Of a stretch of 64,000 nt of DNA, positions 49,151-61,644 are shown one piece after another. The stretch covers positions 122,698,001 through 122,762,000 of the forward strand of contig NC_042998.1 in assembly GCF_006345805.1 (NCBI RefSeq), given 5' to 3'. The stretch is from Octopus sinensis (Eukaryota). Each line of letters opens with the position of its first letter. Within the stretch, counting starts at the first letter, position 1. The notes below the pieces were generated by a model. That model searched no databases and was not told where the DNA came from. It saw only the letters and a program-made list of their open reading frames with translations. The translations under genes were made by a program, and so were the position numbers.

Positions 49151-52030
49151 AAAGCTTCTTTCAAAATTCGTCAGTGTTGTTCAACCATACACATTTTTTT
49201 TTTCAGATTGCTATCACTGTTTGAAGATTATTGACTCATATTATTCCACTTTGGAATTCTTTGGGGTTTTTGTTCCGTTTTCCCTACACTCTTTTACCAT
49301 ATAACTATACTCTTTAAAGTCGCTTTTGATCGCAGTTTAATTCTGGTCAGTTCTATTACACTTCACTTTTAGATTATTTCTATCGTTTGTTGTTTATTGT
49401 TTGCTTATTGTATTTGTTGTTGGTTATGTTTCACTTTTATTGTAGTTGTTATTTTGTTTTCAACTGTTCGTTTCCCTTCGTAAGCTTATGTCTATTTGAA
49501 GAGCATTCGGATCTTTATCTCCCGCGAATTATTTGTGTATCTCTTGGTGATGTTTTCCGCAGTGTTTGCTTTGCGCTAATTGAAGCAAAAGGCCAACATT
49601 GTGGTAGTTTTATGAATGGAAGCAAGAACAACAATATATACGGCAACAAAAGTAACAACAACAACAACAACAACAGCAAGCATAATAATTGGCTTTACTA
49701 GTTAGACACTCATATAGACGGACTCTTGATCTCTTGATTACAGCAATGATGTAATGTCAAGATACATTAATTGCCCAATTAAGTAATTATCTGTTTTAGG
49801 ATTAGCCATATTTTAGAATTTTATTACTGTTTCCCTGTTTTTCTCTAATAATATTTTCAAATTCAAAGAAATCTTTTATTAATAAAATCATTTTTTTTTC
49901 AAATACAACTAACCTGAGTATATTTAAGTCTGAACTGAGAACTGAAAATGTTATTAAACATAAATATTAAAATGAACTATAAATTAATTAAGTGGTCTAT
50001 ACTTAAGGAATCGTTAAACAGCAAATGTAAAATGGGAATGCTGGCTGTGTGTCCAGAATGATCACTTTTAACACAATATTATGCCAATATCATTATAATA
50101 TTTATTATCACAATTACTATCATGTTCATGACTAGGAATAACGCTGTAAACATTAATACCTCTAAATATTTGCCTTGTAGACATGGGCAAAATGAACTTG
50201 TTGCAGCGTATATTTTTCCTCCTCCATTTTCCATATAAAGTTGTATTGTTGTTACCGGAGTGCAATTCGTTGTGACTTTATGTAGGCAAAGATCTTTAAG
50301 TACTTTTCTTGTGCAGTTTATAGTTTCTCTGGTTGTTTCTCTTCCAGATATCTCGATACTGATAATAAATAGAACTTCATAACAAAGTGCCCTAGCCTTT
50401 TATATCTCTAGAATGTCAGCAAGTTCAGATGATGTCGGTTGAAATGAGACTTTTAACGCACATTCAAGTGCGAATGTAGCTATATCTATTCACATTCAAG
50501 TGCGAATGTAGCTATATCTATTCACAGATAGTAAAATTTGTTGGTAACAACATGCAATTTTTTATATTTAAATGAACGAAGTAGTGCAACAGGGCCTTCA
50601 GGAAATTAAACTGAGTGGAAAAAACATTCAAACCGATTCAGAATTTCACAATTTTTTTAGAAGGGCAGGTATTGACGTTATATTTGGTTAGGCTTACTGC
50701 GTAAATTCTTGGTTAGCAATTTAGGATATGGTGACAAAAGGGGCGTTTATACTGTATTTATTTAAAATGTTTGAAAATTGAGAGTTTAACAGCATGATCA
50801 ATGAATATTTGTCGTAATGTTTTAGATTTACCGTATATAAGATGGACAAGACATGAACTACACTTCAAAGCTCAGAGGGTTACCACACTAAACCATATTT
50901 TTACGATTAATAACTCAACTTTCACTCTATGTCAATATCACAAACTCAGCATTTCAACATTCTTCCTTCTGAAAATATATTTAAATAACAGATTGTAACA
51001 ATTTGATGACGATGATGACGGTATTCATGATATTGATTATGATAATGATGATAATGATCGTGGTGGAAGTAGTAGTTGCGGTTGTGATAATTGTGCATGT
51101 GGTGATGTGGCTTCTAATGATGGCAGTCATTCAAATGAAAATAATCTTTTATTTTGTTTTGCGTAGTTTACATTTGTGCTAGAAGTTATGCTATTTCTCG
51201 TATTAACAGTAAGTATTCTGAGATTCAATCATATCCAAATGCAGTTATATGTATATATTTGAAATATTCTCATTATCAATGGAGACGCGTTCATAATCCA
51301 AATAGGTTGAAAATTAGTGACAGTCAAAGTAAAACTCTCTACTATTTATTATAGAAATGCAGAATGTACTTATTATTGAAATATAAAATAATTATGAATA
51401 TATTCCTACTGGACACATAAATCATAATTTAGCAATTTCTATTAATTTCTAATTACGAAAATTCTTCTGTTAGGAATAGAAATACATGTGATTGGACTAA
51501 ATAAAGACGTGTTTATATATAAGACAGAGGAAATATACTGTTTTGTGAAGGGCCCTTGATCTGAAAGAAATCAATTTTCTCTTGTACGAAACTAACTACT
51601 AGGAACGAAAGACCTCTCTAAACAGCAAGATACATTAACACATCTCGTTGAAAAATTGCATTTTTCTAAAAACACAAACAGCAAACAAAGCAAAACAAAC
51701 AAACGAACAAAACAAACAAAAAGCAAACACGCTCACACTGAAACACAATACAACCATTATGTTGGAATGTTAATGATTATCTATCTTTTATACTTGAAAC
51801 GGTGTTAAAATCTCAATAGTATAGACCTTAGTGATATTGAATTGAAAGAACCTCATAAATAAAGTATATAAAACTAAATATATTTTATGTTACTACATCG
51901 AATAAGCATAATTATGCTGTTACAAAACGAGTAATTAGGTAACACATACACAGATGCACACTTCGCTGACATAGATTCATGTACATACACACGCGTAGAC
52001 ATACATGTACTTACGAAAATATATATAAAC

Positions 52031-52061
<31 letters not shown>

Positions 52062-52079
52062 TACATACATACATATATA

Positions 52080-52152
<73 letters not shown>

Positions 52153-52200
52153 AATATACATATTTAAATGCATACATACATATATATATTTTTGGGGGGA

Positions 52201-52232
<32 letters not shown>

Positions 52233-52279
52233 AATATACATATATAAATGCATACATACATACATATATATATATATAT

Positions 52280-52311
<32 letters not shown>

Positions 52312-53736
52312 ATATATGTGTGTGTATATATTTACCCAACAAGTGCCCCTATGAATGGAGCTACCTATATTAGTGTTGTTTAACTTTGGCAAGGCGACAG
52401 GACAAGGTCCGTATTTTGATCTGCAACCATCCATAGCTCTGTAATATAGTGCCAAGTGATTGTGTAGAAAGTAATAACTTGGACATGTATGAAATACGTT
52501 TAAGGTAGCGGTTTGGCAATTTTTATGCGAAAAGTAAAATAGTAAGATAAAAATTATCCCATATAATACAAAATATATAAATAAATTAAAGATGAAATGG
52601 TTTATTCTTTATGAAATGGTTTATTCTTTATTATAATCAGACAAAGGAACGGAAATGAAATGGTTGTAAAATCTGCCAGCACAGCTATTAGAACCTGTTA
52701 ATGGTTGTTTAAATCTCAGTTTATTTGTTGCTTAGCCAATTTCCAATGATGTCACTTTTAAAGCTTTGTTATGAAGTACGAGGAAAAAAAGAAAGGAAAT
52801 ATATTTTACCTCACCAGAGAGATAAAAGACAACGAAAATGAGAGAGAGGGAGAGATAGAGGTAGAGATAGAGAGAGTGAGAGAGAGAGAGGGAGAAAGAT
52901 GTGGTGAGAGCGGGTGGAAGGAAAATGAGAAAAAAAATAGAAGTTAGCAAACAGATGTTAGGTGGGTGTAGGTGTAGATAAGTTAACAAATATACACAAT
53001 GAGGAAGCGTTAAATGAATCATGTGTTATAAAAAAAACAGAAAGCGGGAAAGAACAAGAGTGTACAAATATGAAATTGAAACGCTGAAGGAGCGAATGAG
53101 AAAAAGAATGGCGTATCCATTTCTTTCCTTTTCAGCAACTTCGCTCTCTATCTCTCTTCATTTGTATGTGCATATGTCGTTTGGCGAAACTCACTGGACA
53201 TAGTGACTCGGAGTAGCGGCATAACTTGTATCAGACGAATGAGTTTAATAAGTGTTGTGTTCTCTCTCCCCTTCGTTCGAACCAACGTAAACATACACAC
53301 ACACACATTATATACATACCCAGAACCATGTGGTTGAGAAGCAAACTTCTTACTACACACTAGATATACATATATACATATATACATACATACATACAAT
53401 ATATTATATATATATATATATATATATAATATATCTATTATATATATATATATATCTATATATATATATATATATATATAATTATATATATATATATATA
53501 TAACTCCAAACATATGAGAAAAATTCAATTTAGTATTAATCAAATTTCACAATATAATATATAATATATAAATCAGAGAAAAATTTAATTTTTATATTGA
53601 TTATTCATTTTTATTATATATACTTTTGTGATCTAGTATAGTTTTAAAAATCATATTAATTTTTTTATTTATGATATGGTTTATATCTATCATTGTTTGA
53701 ATTGCAATAATTGTGGTTTTCGTCTTTATATATTAC

Positions 53737-53770
<34 letters not shown>

Positions 53771-53773
53771 GAT

Positions 53774-54356
53774 AACAATGATAAATATCAAAGTGAGTTA
53801 TATACAGTAGCGGTAACACATCGTGACGTATATTTGCCATCTCAATATGGCTACCCCTAAGGGTGGATGCTACTGTAGTTTTAGAGCCCCAGGAGGACAC
53901 ACTCCTCCAGCTGGCATAGACACACTTTCTGTGTCCTGTCAGTATTTGCAAAGGGAAGTCATCCTTCCCGTCTTCAACTTATGATACACACGGACTCGAG
54001 TTTCGAGGTATTGACCTCTCGTCAGCGTGTGACAATCATAGTTGTCGGCGAGAATTAGATTTCCTTCACAAATACTTATACTTTTTCCAGCGTCCACTGT
54101 CGCTGATATTGAAAAAGTGAAATCAAACAATGATAAATATCAAAGTGAGTTATATACAGTAGCGGTAATACCTCGAAACTCGAGTCCGTGTGTATCATAA
54201 GTTGAAGACGGGAAAGATGACTTCCCTTTGCAAATACTGACAGGACACAGAAAGTGTGTCTATGGCCAGCTGGAGGAGTGTGTCCTCCTGAGGCTAAAAA
54301 CTACAGTAAAATCCACCCTTAGGGGTAGCCATATTGAGATGGCAAATATACGTCAC
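53774..54356 (-). mobile_element. Retrozyme-like non-autonomous retroelement: 352-bp unit with 43-bp terminal redundancy plus a 190-bp inverted arm, inserted in (TA)n
   Basis: Direct repeat AACAATGATAAATATCAAAGTGAGTTATATACAGTAGCGGTAA at 53774-53816 and 54126-54168; inverted repeat 53823-54012 / 54167-54356; one hammerhead per unit; no credible ORF. Confidence 0.75.
53976..54043 (-). ncRNA. Type I hammerhead ribozyme with complete catalytic core
   Basis: Minus strand: aac-tatgat-tgt-CACACG-CTGACGA-GAGG-TCAATA-CCTC-GAAA-CTCGAG-TC^CGTGTG-T-atcata-a-gtt. All core residues are present, with a 6-bp stem I plus distal helix, a GUC triplet and predicted cleavage between 53993 and 53992. Confidence 0.92.
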
Positions 54357-54444
54357 TATATATATATATATATTATATATATATGTATATGTATGTATAT
54401 ATATTATATATATATATATGTATATATGTAATATATATATATAA

Positions 54445-54484
<40 letters not shown>

Positions 54485-54624
54485 GTAGGTGAGTTGGGTA
54501 CATTTGTGAATATGTTTACACGAGAGTACGTATGTATGCTTGTATGCGTGTAGTTGCGTATGCGTGCGTATATGTGCGCGTGTATATGGGTGTATGTATC
54601 CATGCGTGTACGTATGTACATGAT

Positions 54625-55420
54625 GACCACTTAATACGTTACGAAGAACTAGATAAGCGGTTCAACAACTCTAATTTACAATACACTAGGTCCCCAGACG
54701 CCCCGGTTGATTTATGACACCCAAGGCTTCTACAACCAGAATTTGTCATTTTCCTGACCACCATGTTTGGTCCGTAACTACTATATATCCCTTATACTTA
54801 TATTCTTTTACATTCCTACACTCTTATACCCTTTATACTTCTGATAATTTTTTTTTATTTTTTAAATTTTTTAAATTTTTTAATTTTTAAAATTTTTTTA
54901 TAACTTTATACCCTTATATTCATTTATATATTTATATTTTTATATTTTTTTATATCTTTTTATATCTCTTTATATCTTTATACTCTACATTTTTATATTT
55001 TTCTATACTTACACTTTTTATATATATTTTTTATCCTTCGTCCTGAATTCTAGCCCCTCCATCTTTATCCTTATTTGCTCTTATTACCAGGTTCCTTCAC
55101 GTCTGTCTGTATTTATATATGTATATATTTATTTATTCATTTATTTATATTACCTCAACATCCAAATTCTCTCATTCTACATTGAGAGAAGGACGAGATG
55201 GACGCTTCATTTTTATGCTGTTGCCGCATTATGTTGTACGCGAACGAGAAGATTTGCATCCCCAACGTAGAATTTTTGATGTAATACATGTCCTTGAGGA
55301 AGTAGTTGTGCGCGGCTGAAGAAGGCCATAGACACACATTATGCATTGTCATAAATCCGTCTAATAAAGGCCCGAAACATATGTACCGCTGAATCCTTAG
55401 CATCATGTTTTTATTTTGAT
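54625..55420 (+). mobile_element. Probable PLE 3' end/pseudo-LTR with T-rich low-complexity UTR
   Basis: Short coding-like remnant, long T/A-rich tract (54830-55040), then a hammerhead; flanked by microsatellites. Confidence 0.45.
55312..55389 (+). ncRNA. Type I hammerhead ribozyme with extended stem II
   Basis: GCGG-CTGAAGA-A-GGCC...GGCC-C-GAAA-CATATG-TA^CCGC. Stem II continues as TAGAC/GTCTA and TTATG/CATAA; palindromic stem III; A-C mismatch at the 10.1-11.1 pair. Confidence 0.75.
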
Positions 55421-55449
55421 TATTTACTCCACCACCTACACCACCAAAC

Positions 55450-55541
<92 letters not shown>

Positions 55542-55547
55542 GTAAAG

Positions 55548-55872
55548 ACCCGCTTCAGTCATGAATGACCATGAGATTGCACCAAGAACGTTACCCTCCG
55601 AGGCACAAGTCCGGGCATGGTTATTGATGGAAGACCAGCTGCCCATGCATACCACCCTTCCCTCTCAACGCCACCGATGTTATCCAGAGGAAAGGCAAAG
55701 GCCAATACAGCTTGGCTTCAGTGATTTCGCAACTCATGTCTACAGCTGAGTGAAATGGAGCAACATGAAATAAAGTCACTTGTTCAAGAACACAACACAC
55801 AGCTTAATCCGGGAATCGAACTCACTACATTGATTATTCGCTCGACGGTCTAACCACTGAGATATGCGCCTT
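55548..55872 (-). mobile_element. SINE family C
   Basis: Collinear with 9237-9550; minus-strand head CGCATATCTCAGTGGTTAGACCG...GAGTTCGATTCCCGG. Confidence 0.8.
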
Positions 55873-56783
55873 TATCATATATACTAAACGGGATTCTGTT
55901 TTCCAAAAGTGGAGGCGAACACCTTTCTCCGTGTGATTGGCTTGAAAAATTAAGACACTTGGATATTTTCCTACTTTTCTGAACATGAGGCCAATGGGAG
56001 CCTTAATTCACAAATAAAGAAATTATATCGAGCATTCTTTTTCTTCGTTCGACATTTACGTATATATATATATATAATGAGAATAGTCATTTCAATGTTT
56101 TGTCCGCTATGGATGAAGTGCTTGGGTTGATTTTCACTTTTGTTTAAGGCATTTGTCTTTTGGCCGATATATACACACAGTAATATTTTAATATGCTAAA
56201 ATGCCTGACTAACCTCATTCTCAAGCAGGAAAAATTGTTGGAGCTTGGAGTTACTGAATTGCTTAATGTTTTGAGGTGTTTTTAGAGATACAGTCTTTAA
56301 AATCATGTAGACGTTTCAAAGCCAGCTCTGGCAAACATAAGTTTAAAGAAATCTTCATCGATAAGGACTGCTGAATATTGAAGCGTAGTGTGTCTAATAT
56401 CCATCGACGTACAAAAACTAATTGACAATAGATCTCAACTGCAACCTTGCTTGCCTAACCTGTATCAAACAAACAAACAAAACAGATCTTCGTAAGGTCC
56501 ATAGGCTGGATATTATTGGAAGGCTGCAACTACTGTGTCTCTTATCCCCGCCAACATTGGTAAACGGAGAAAAGAACTAAAGTAGGTTTTACTTAAAGTA
56601 TAGTTGGAAATTCTCTTAACAATTTAGAACTTGTATTCCTTGTCTATTTGAAGCTGTGATTCATGTCAAATATGGACCAAATCCGTATTAAATATTCATA
56701 TAGATGTATGGATTCCTATGACTATATATGCATATACATGTATGTATATGAGTAAAAATACATACATGCATACATAGATATAT

Positions 56784-56874
<91 letters not shown>

Positions 56875-56959
56875 GTATATACTTGAAAAGATTAGAGATA
56901 TATACAAATGAAATTTTTATGTATAAAAAAGATGGACGTGGAAATAGCACAGAATTAAG

Positions 56960-57310
56960 ACTAAGACATTTCAGTTTCAGAGGGAATTTAATAAAAGATT
57001 ATGTAAAATAAAAATATTAATATTACCGGTTTCGATGTATTTCATCTTCTCAAATATTAATAGAAATTTAGAAACAATTTGAAGTGAAAACAGTCTATCT
57101 TCTGTCTGGTGGTCAAGAACATGTCTGGAGATTTTTCGTTGGCGTCTTGTTTTAAATATAGTTTGGTGGAGAGTTCAAAATATAGTTTGGTGTAGAGTTA
57201 GAGAGTCAGAGTACGGGGTGTCTATTGTGTAAAAGAAATCTTTGTATGTACCTATCAAGGGAGTGGCTAAAAAGCATTTATAAAATGTGTTTTACGTCCA
57301 CCTAAGTGTG
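56960..57310 (-). mobile_element. PLE-like 3' remnant with degenerate hammerhead-like core
   Basis: Minus strand reads TTGAGAA-GATG-AAATA-CATC-GAAA-CCGG near 57026-57053, preceded by a coding-like remnant and (CA)n tracts. Confidence 0.4.
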
Positions 57311-57699
57311 TGTGCGTGTGTGTATGTGTGTGTATGTATGTGTGTGTGTGTATGTGTTGTGTTGAATCTCCTTTCAATATGTTTTCAAAAATGATCAGAT
57401 GTGATATGTATGCTGTGAAAAATTTCTCTTGTTAAAAAAGAATTAGGATTTTTCTTTGGGTTAGGTGAATTCGTTTGAGTGTCTTTACCTGTGTGTATGT
57501 GTGGTTTTGATGTTATCTTTTTGTGTGTATGTGTATACTTGTGTGTGTGTGTGTGTGTGTTTGATGTGTTCTATTGTATGTGTATGTGAGTGTATGTGAG
57601 CGTATGTGTGTGTGTTTGTGCGTGTTCGGTTTTGTGAAAAAACTTAGAGATGTTTCAAACAAAGAGTGGTCCAGGCCATGTCTAAATTAATAGCACCAC

Positions 57700-58500
57700 T
57701 TGATGGGATTATCTAAATCCTTTTAACGTCAAGTTTTGTGGTATTATGGTCCATTCAAGTAGTGAGTTCTTGTTGAGTGAGTTGTATCCAGGTGGCTTAT
57801 CTGGTATTCCTTGAAGAAATGTGTCCGGAATCCGTTTAAAGGTGATGGGATCCTTTTCCTCTTCGATTAGTTTTGAGACAATGTTAAACAGGGCAGGAAA
57901 AGAAATTGTGTCGCAGAGTACCTATATGTTGTGATCCTGAATTGGGTAGAGGACGTATGACCTGTTATCCCAGCCTTGGATGAACCTTGAAACTAATGTT
58001 CAGGTCGCATCGTGCAAATGATGTACCGCTCACGGCGGTGCTAGAGAGAGTAGAGTCTCAAGGCTTTATGGCGGTCCCAGTAATCGAGATCAGTCATGCC
58101 CTTAATTCGTTTATGGAGTGCTCTCTGAGGTGATCCAATTTTCGAGATGTTTTGTTTTGTATGGGGAGACCACATGGGATAGCAGTATTCGAGGTGTGGC
58201 CGTACAAAGGAGGAGAACAGTGGAATGATTACACCTTGTTCTCTGGACTGGAAGGTTCTTAAGATCCACAAGTTCATCCTACGAGCTATATCGACTTTAT
58301 TGTTGATGTCCGCACTTTAACTGAGATTGTTGTCAACTATTACACCAAGATCTCTGATATTAGTAGACACTGTGAACGGTTCCCCCGGAGGAAGTGTGTA
58401 TGGCTGTTTTAGTATAGTCTTTCTTCCCAAATGCATCAGCTCAAATTTTCCCTCGTTTAGTTGCATTTTGTTTTTGTCTGCCGATTGACTCGCTGCATAT
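57700..58500 (-). mobile_element. CR1/L2-like LINE 3' portion
   Basis: LNEGKFELMHLG...IRDLGVIVDNNLS...WILRTFQSRE...LFSSFVRPHLEYCYPMWSP...QRA...LDYWDRHKALRLYSL, then PALFNIVSK...IPDKPPGY. Confidence 0.88.
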
Positions 58501-58589
58501 AGATCAGACTAATGTTTTCTTTTTTGTGTATGTGTGTATGATTATTAAGTGTGTGTGTTTGTGCGTGTGTGTGTGTGCTGGCAAATGTC

Positions 58590-60990
58590 TATATTGAAAA
58601 ACGATTTAGGGAAGTATTTTTTAAAAACGATAATATGTATAAAATAGTTTGAAATTGTTTTTAAGTGTCTGTACTTATATATTGGATGTAGTTGGGTCTA
58701 TATTTAATTGTGCTTTATACTTGTTGATAAATTGTCTTTATTCATTCTTCGTTGTTGATTGAAGGAATCTGTGCACTTATAGATGGGAAATGTTTTGAAA
58801 TTAAGTAAGACCATTCCTGCATAGGTTGCAATGTAGCTGCTTAAAGGAATTTTCCTGGTGCTTTTGTCTCGGATCTGTCGTCATTCTGTTGCGCAACGAT
58901 CCACCCGCCTGACATATGTAATTATATTGGCAACCATTGCATGTGATTACGTAGATCAGTTTTTCCGTGTTGCAGGTAAAATTGGACTTGACTTTGAAGG
59001 TTGGACCATCTTTAAACTTAAATTCTGGTCTCTCAATCAGATAAAAGCAAGTGCTGGTGTTCGTTCTCCTGCATTTTCTTACCGTTGGGTTGGGGCTTTC
59101 TTTGTATATTTTTGCTCCAGTGAGGACGAATTTTAGTGTTTTGGGCTACGTTTTGCTTTTGATGATTTGTTGTCTTTCTAAGATTTTTTCTCATTTTATT
59201 CATTTGCAAATAGCATGGGTGGGGTTTTGTGGATGTGATCAAATACTTTGTTGTTCCTGGGATTGAATGTTGACACGAATGGCTAGACAGTTTCTTTTTT
59301 GATTTTTGTTTTCCAAAGTTCATTAATAAATATGTTTCCGCTGGTGATTATGCTAGCGGAGAAGAATCTTTGGATAAGTGTGCCTTTCAGTTACCCTAGT
59401 TTTTGCTCACGTTTGAATGGTTCTGACACTATGGTACAAATTCGTTTTGCCAAGTTGAAGGGAATGTTGTGTTTGGTGTGTTTCGAGTGACATGATGTGA
59501 AAAGAAGGTACTCTCTGGAGTCGTCGGTGGGTTTGTAGATGTCTTAAGGTGTTGTTTATCATGTTTTTGTATTCAGTTAACTTGTCAATGTTTTCCTGCC
59601 ATAACACAAAGTAATCATCCCAGTATCTTTTCCAGTTGTTTCTGAGTTGCATACGGAACGTGTCAAGAGATTGGTTGTATATTTTTTGTTCATGGAATCC
59701 CATGACTAAGTTGGCGTATGTAGGAGCTACTTTCGTACCCATCGCCGTTCCTGATGTTTAGCGGTAATCCGAACCGTTTAAGGTAAAAAAAAGTTGATTC
59801 CAGATATGAATCTGAGTCCTTCAACGATAAAATCTTTTTCTATGTGTGTTGACAGTTCAGATTGGTGTGTGTCCAGCCAGTATTGGATTGCAGTTATTCC
59901 ATGATCATGGGGAACAACATCAAATGAAGTAAAAATTGTATGTCTATTTACCGTACTTTGCAGATGAATTAGCATGTATAGCTCTGTGTGTGTTTTAAGA
60001 AGGGTTTTAGAAGTATGTCAAGAAGTTCCTGCACCTGTGTGTTTCACATGCCGGCCCTGCTATGATTGGTCTCAATTTTAGATCATCTGGAGGTGTTAGT
60101 TGTATGTATTTGTTTGCTGAGGATTTACAGGCATCGTTAATCATTTTAGGTAAACCATAGAAGTTGCTCGTTTTTGCATTTCAAGTGTCATAAATAGTCA
60201 ATTTTTTTGCCGGTTAAGCTTATACTATACTCCTTTGAAAGAGTTGTGAAGTTTTCCTTTATAATTAACTTTTTGTAGTGGCTTGTTTTTTCATAATAGT
60301 TGTTGTCCGCTAGCATTGTGAGTTCTAGGTCTTTATAGTAATTTGTGTCCATGATGAAGACAGTACTACTTTTAGCGTCTTCTTTGATAGTTATATCCAT
60401 ATTTTTTTGTATGTCCAGTAGGGTATTCTATTTATGTTTTATAAAGTTTGACTTAATATTTCTATGAGCAATTTTTCAAAGGGAAAGTTCATAATGTATT
60501 CGCAGTAGGAGTCCAGTGCGTAATTAACCCTTTATTTGGGCAAAAGCTGCTTTCGTTTTTGGCTTGTGATTAGTTTGGTCTTTTTGGTGTGGGTGTAAAC
60601 TTCAGTCCCTTAATTAGAATTTCTATTCGGGTGTCAGTTAATGATTTTTTGAAAGGTTAATTACCTTTATTTTCTCGTGTAGGGGGTGGGGGCAACGTGT
60701 GTCCTGATATTTGAGTCCTTGTGGTTGATATTTGTTGTCGGCCTGCTTTGAGTGGTTCTGTAGGGTCGTTTTTAATGGTGAGTGTGTTGAGGGGGCGGTC
60801 TGCTGTTGGTGTTCTTGTGTTGCAATCCTGTTGGGTTTCTGAGTGGTCTGGTGAGTTTGAGTTGGTCTCTTCCAAAGGCCATTGTGTTTATGCTGTAGTG
60901 ATTTTGGTTCCAGGGGGTACTTGTTGTGGTTATAGTTTATTAGGGTGTCTAGTATAGCCCTCGAGGATCTGGGTGTATTTCATCCAAAGT
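58590..60990 (-). mobile_element. Near full-length Penelope-like element (Neptune-like), decayed RT plus C-terminal GIY-YIG
   Basis: ITIKEDAKSSTVFIMD; FTSFDV; MGTKVAPTYANLVMG; KRYWDDYFVLW; IPFNLAKRICTIVSE; and an endonuclease region NFTCNTEN..IYVITCNGCQYNYI. Confidence 0.88.
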
Positions 60991-61015
60991 TTAGAGCATC
61001 TCTATTACATATATA

Positions 61016-61524
61016 TCTATATATATAAAACTCTAGTTCTGTGAGTGTCTGTCCCCTTCGATTTAGATTCCTAACTCCTCCCACATTTTGCGGTGCAGTT
61101 TAACCAAATTCGGGTATCTTATAGTCGTGATTCATATCGAGCCCGTCTGACTATTAGCGCGCGTCAACGATGAGTCTACGATTTTAAAAATAATTTAACA
61201 TCATTTTTTATTCCATTTTAATGCATAAAATGCATCGTATGTCGATGGCGGCGGAGTTGGCGTCCACGCTCACAGCTGCACCTGTTTGCTTCTCCCCCTT
61301 CTTCCCTCCCTCGTGAAGCTGTGGGGAAGGGAGTGTAAAGAAATCAACGTCGTATTGCGTTGTCAAGGAAACCAGCGTTCTTTTATAACAACGACTTCAT
61401 GGCTTGAAGACACCAAAACAAAAATGGCTAAGAAAGCCCGAATTTATAAGGGAAGTAACTCTCTAAAAATGCTTATATAGTTATTTCCCTTACAAACCCG
61501 AGCAACGCCGGGCGATACTGCTAG
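61016..61524 (+). mobile_element. Non-autonomous Helitron (509 bp)
   Basis: 5' TCTATATATATAAAA at 61016; subterminal GC-rich hairpin CCCG...CGGG (61497-61512); 3' CTAG (61521-61524); inserted between A (61015) and T (61525) with no TSD. Confidence 0.85.
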
Positions 61525-61607
61525 TATAGATATATAAATATATTATTTATATATTATATATATATATATATTTATTTATCTATGTGTAAAAACACACAAA
61601 GAGTATG

Positions 61608-61644
<37 letters not shown>

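Noticed and set aside
48394-49304. Thr-, His- and Pro-rich ORFs resembling mucin or His-rich proteins
   Set aside because: All six frames are open because of degenerate trinucleotide repeats; no splice or homology support.
50459-50522. Perfect 32-bp tandem repeat; similar 19-24-bp doublets at 52592-52629 and 57160-57205
   Set aside because: Only two units each and no spacers, so these are ordinary slippage duplications, not CRISPR-like arrays.
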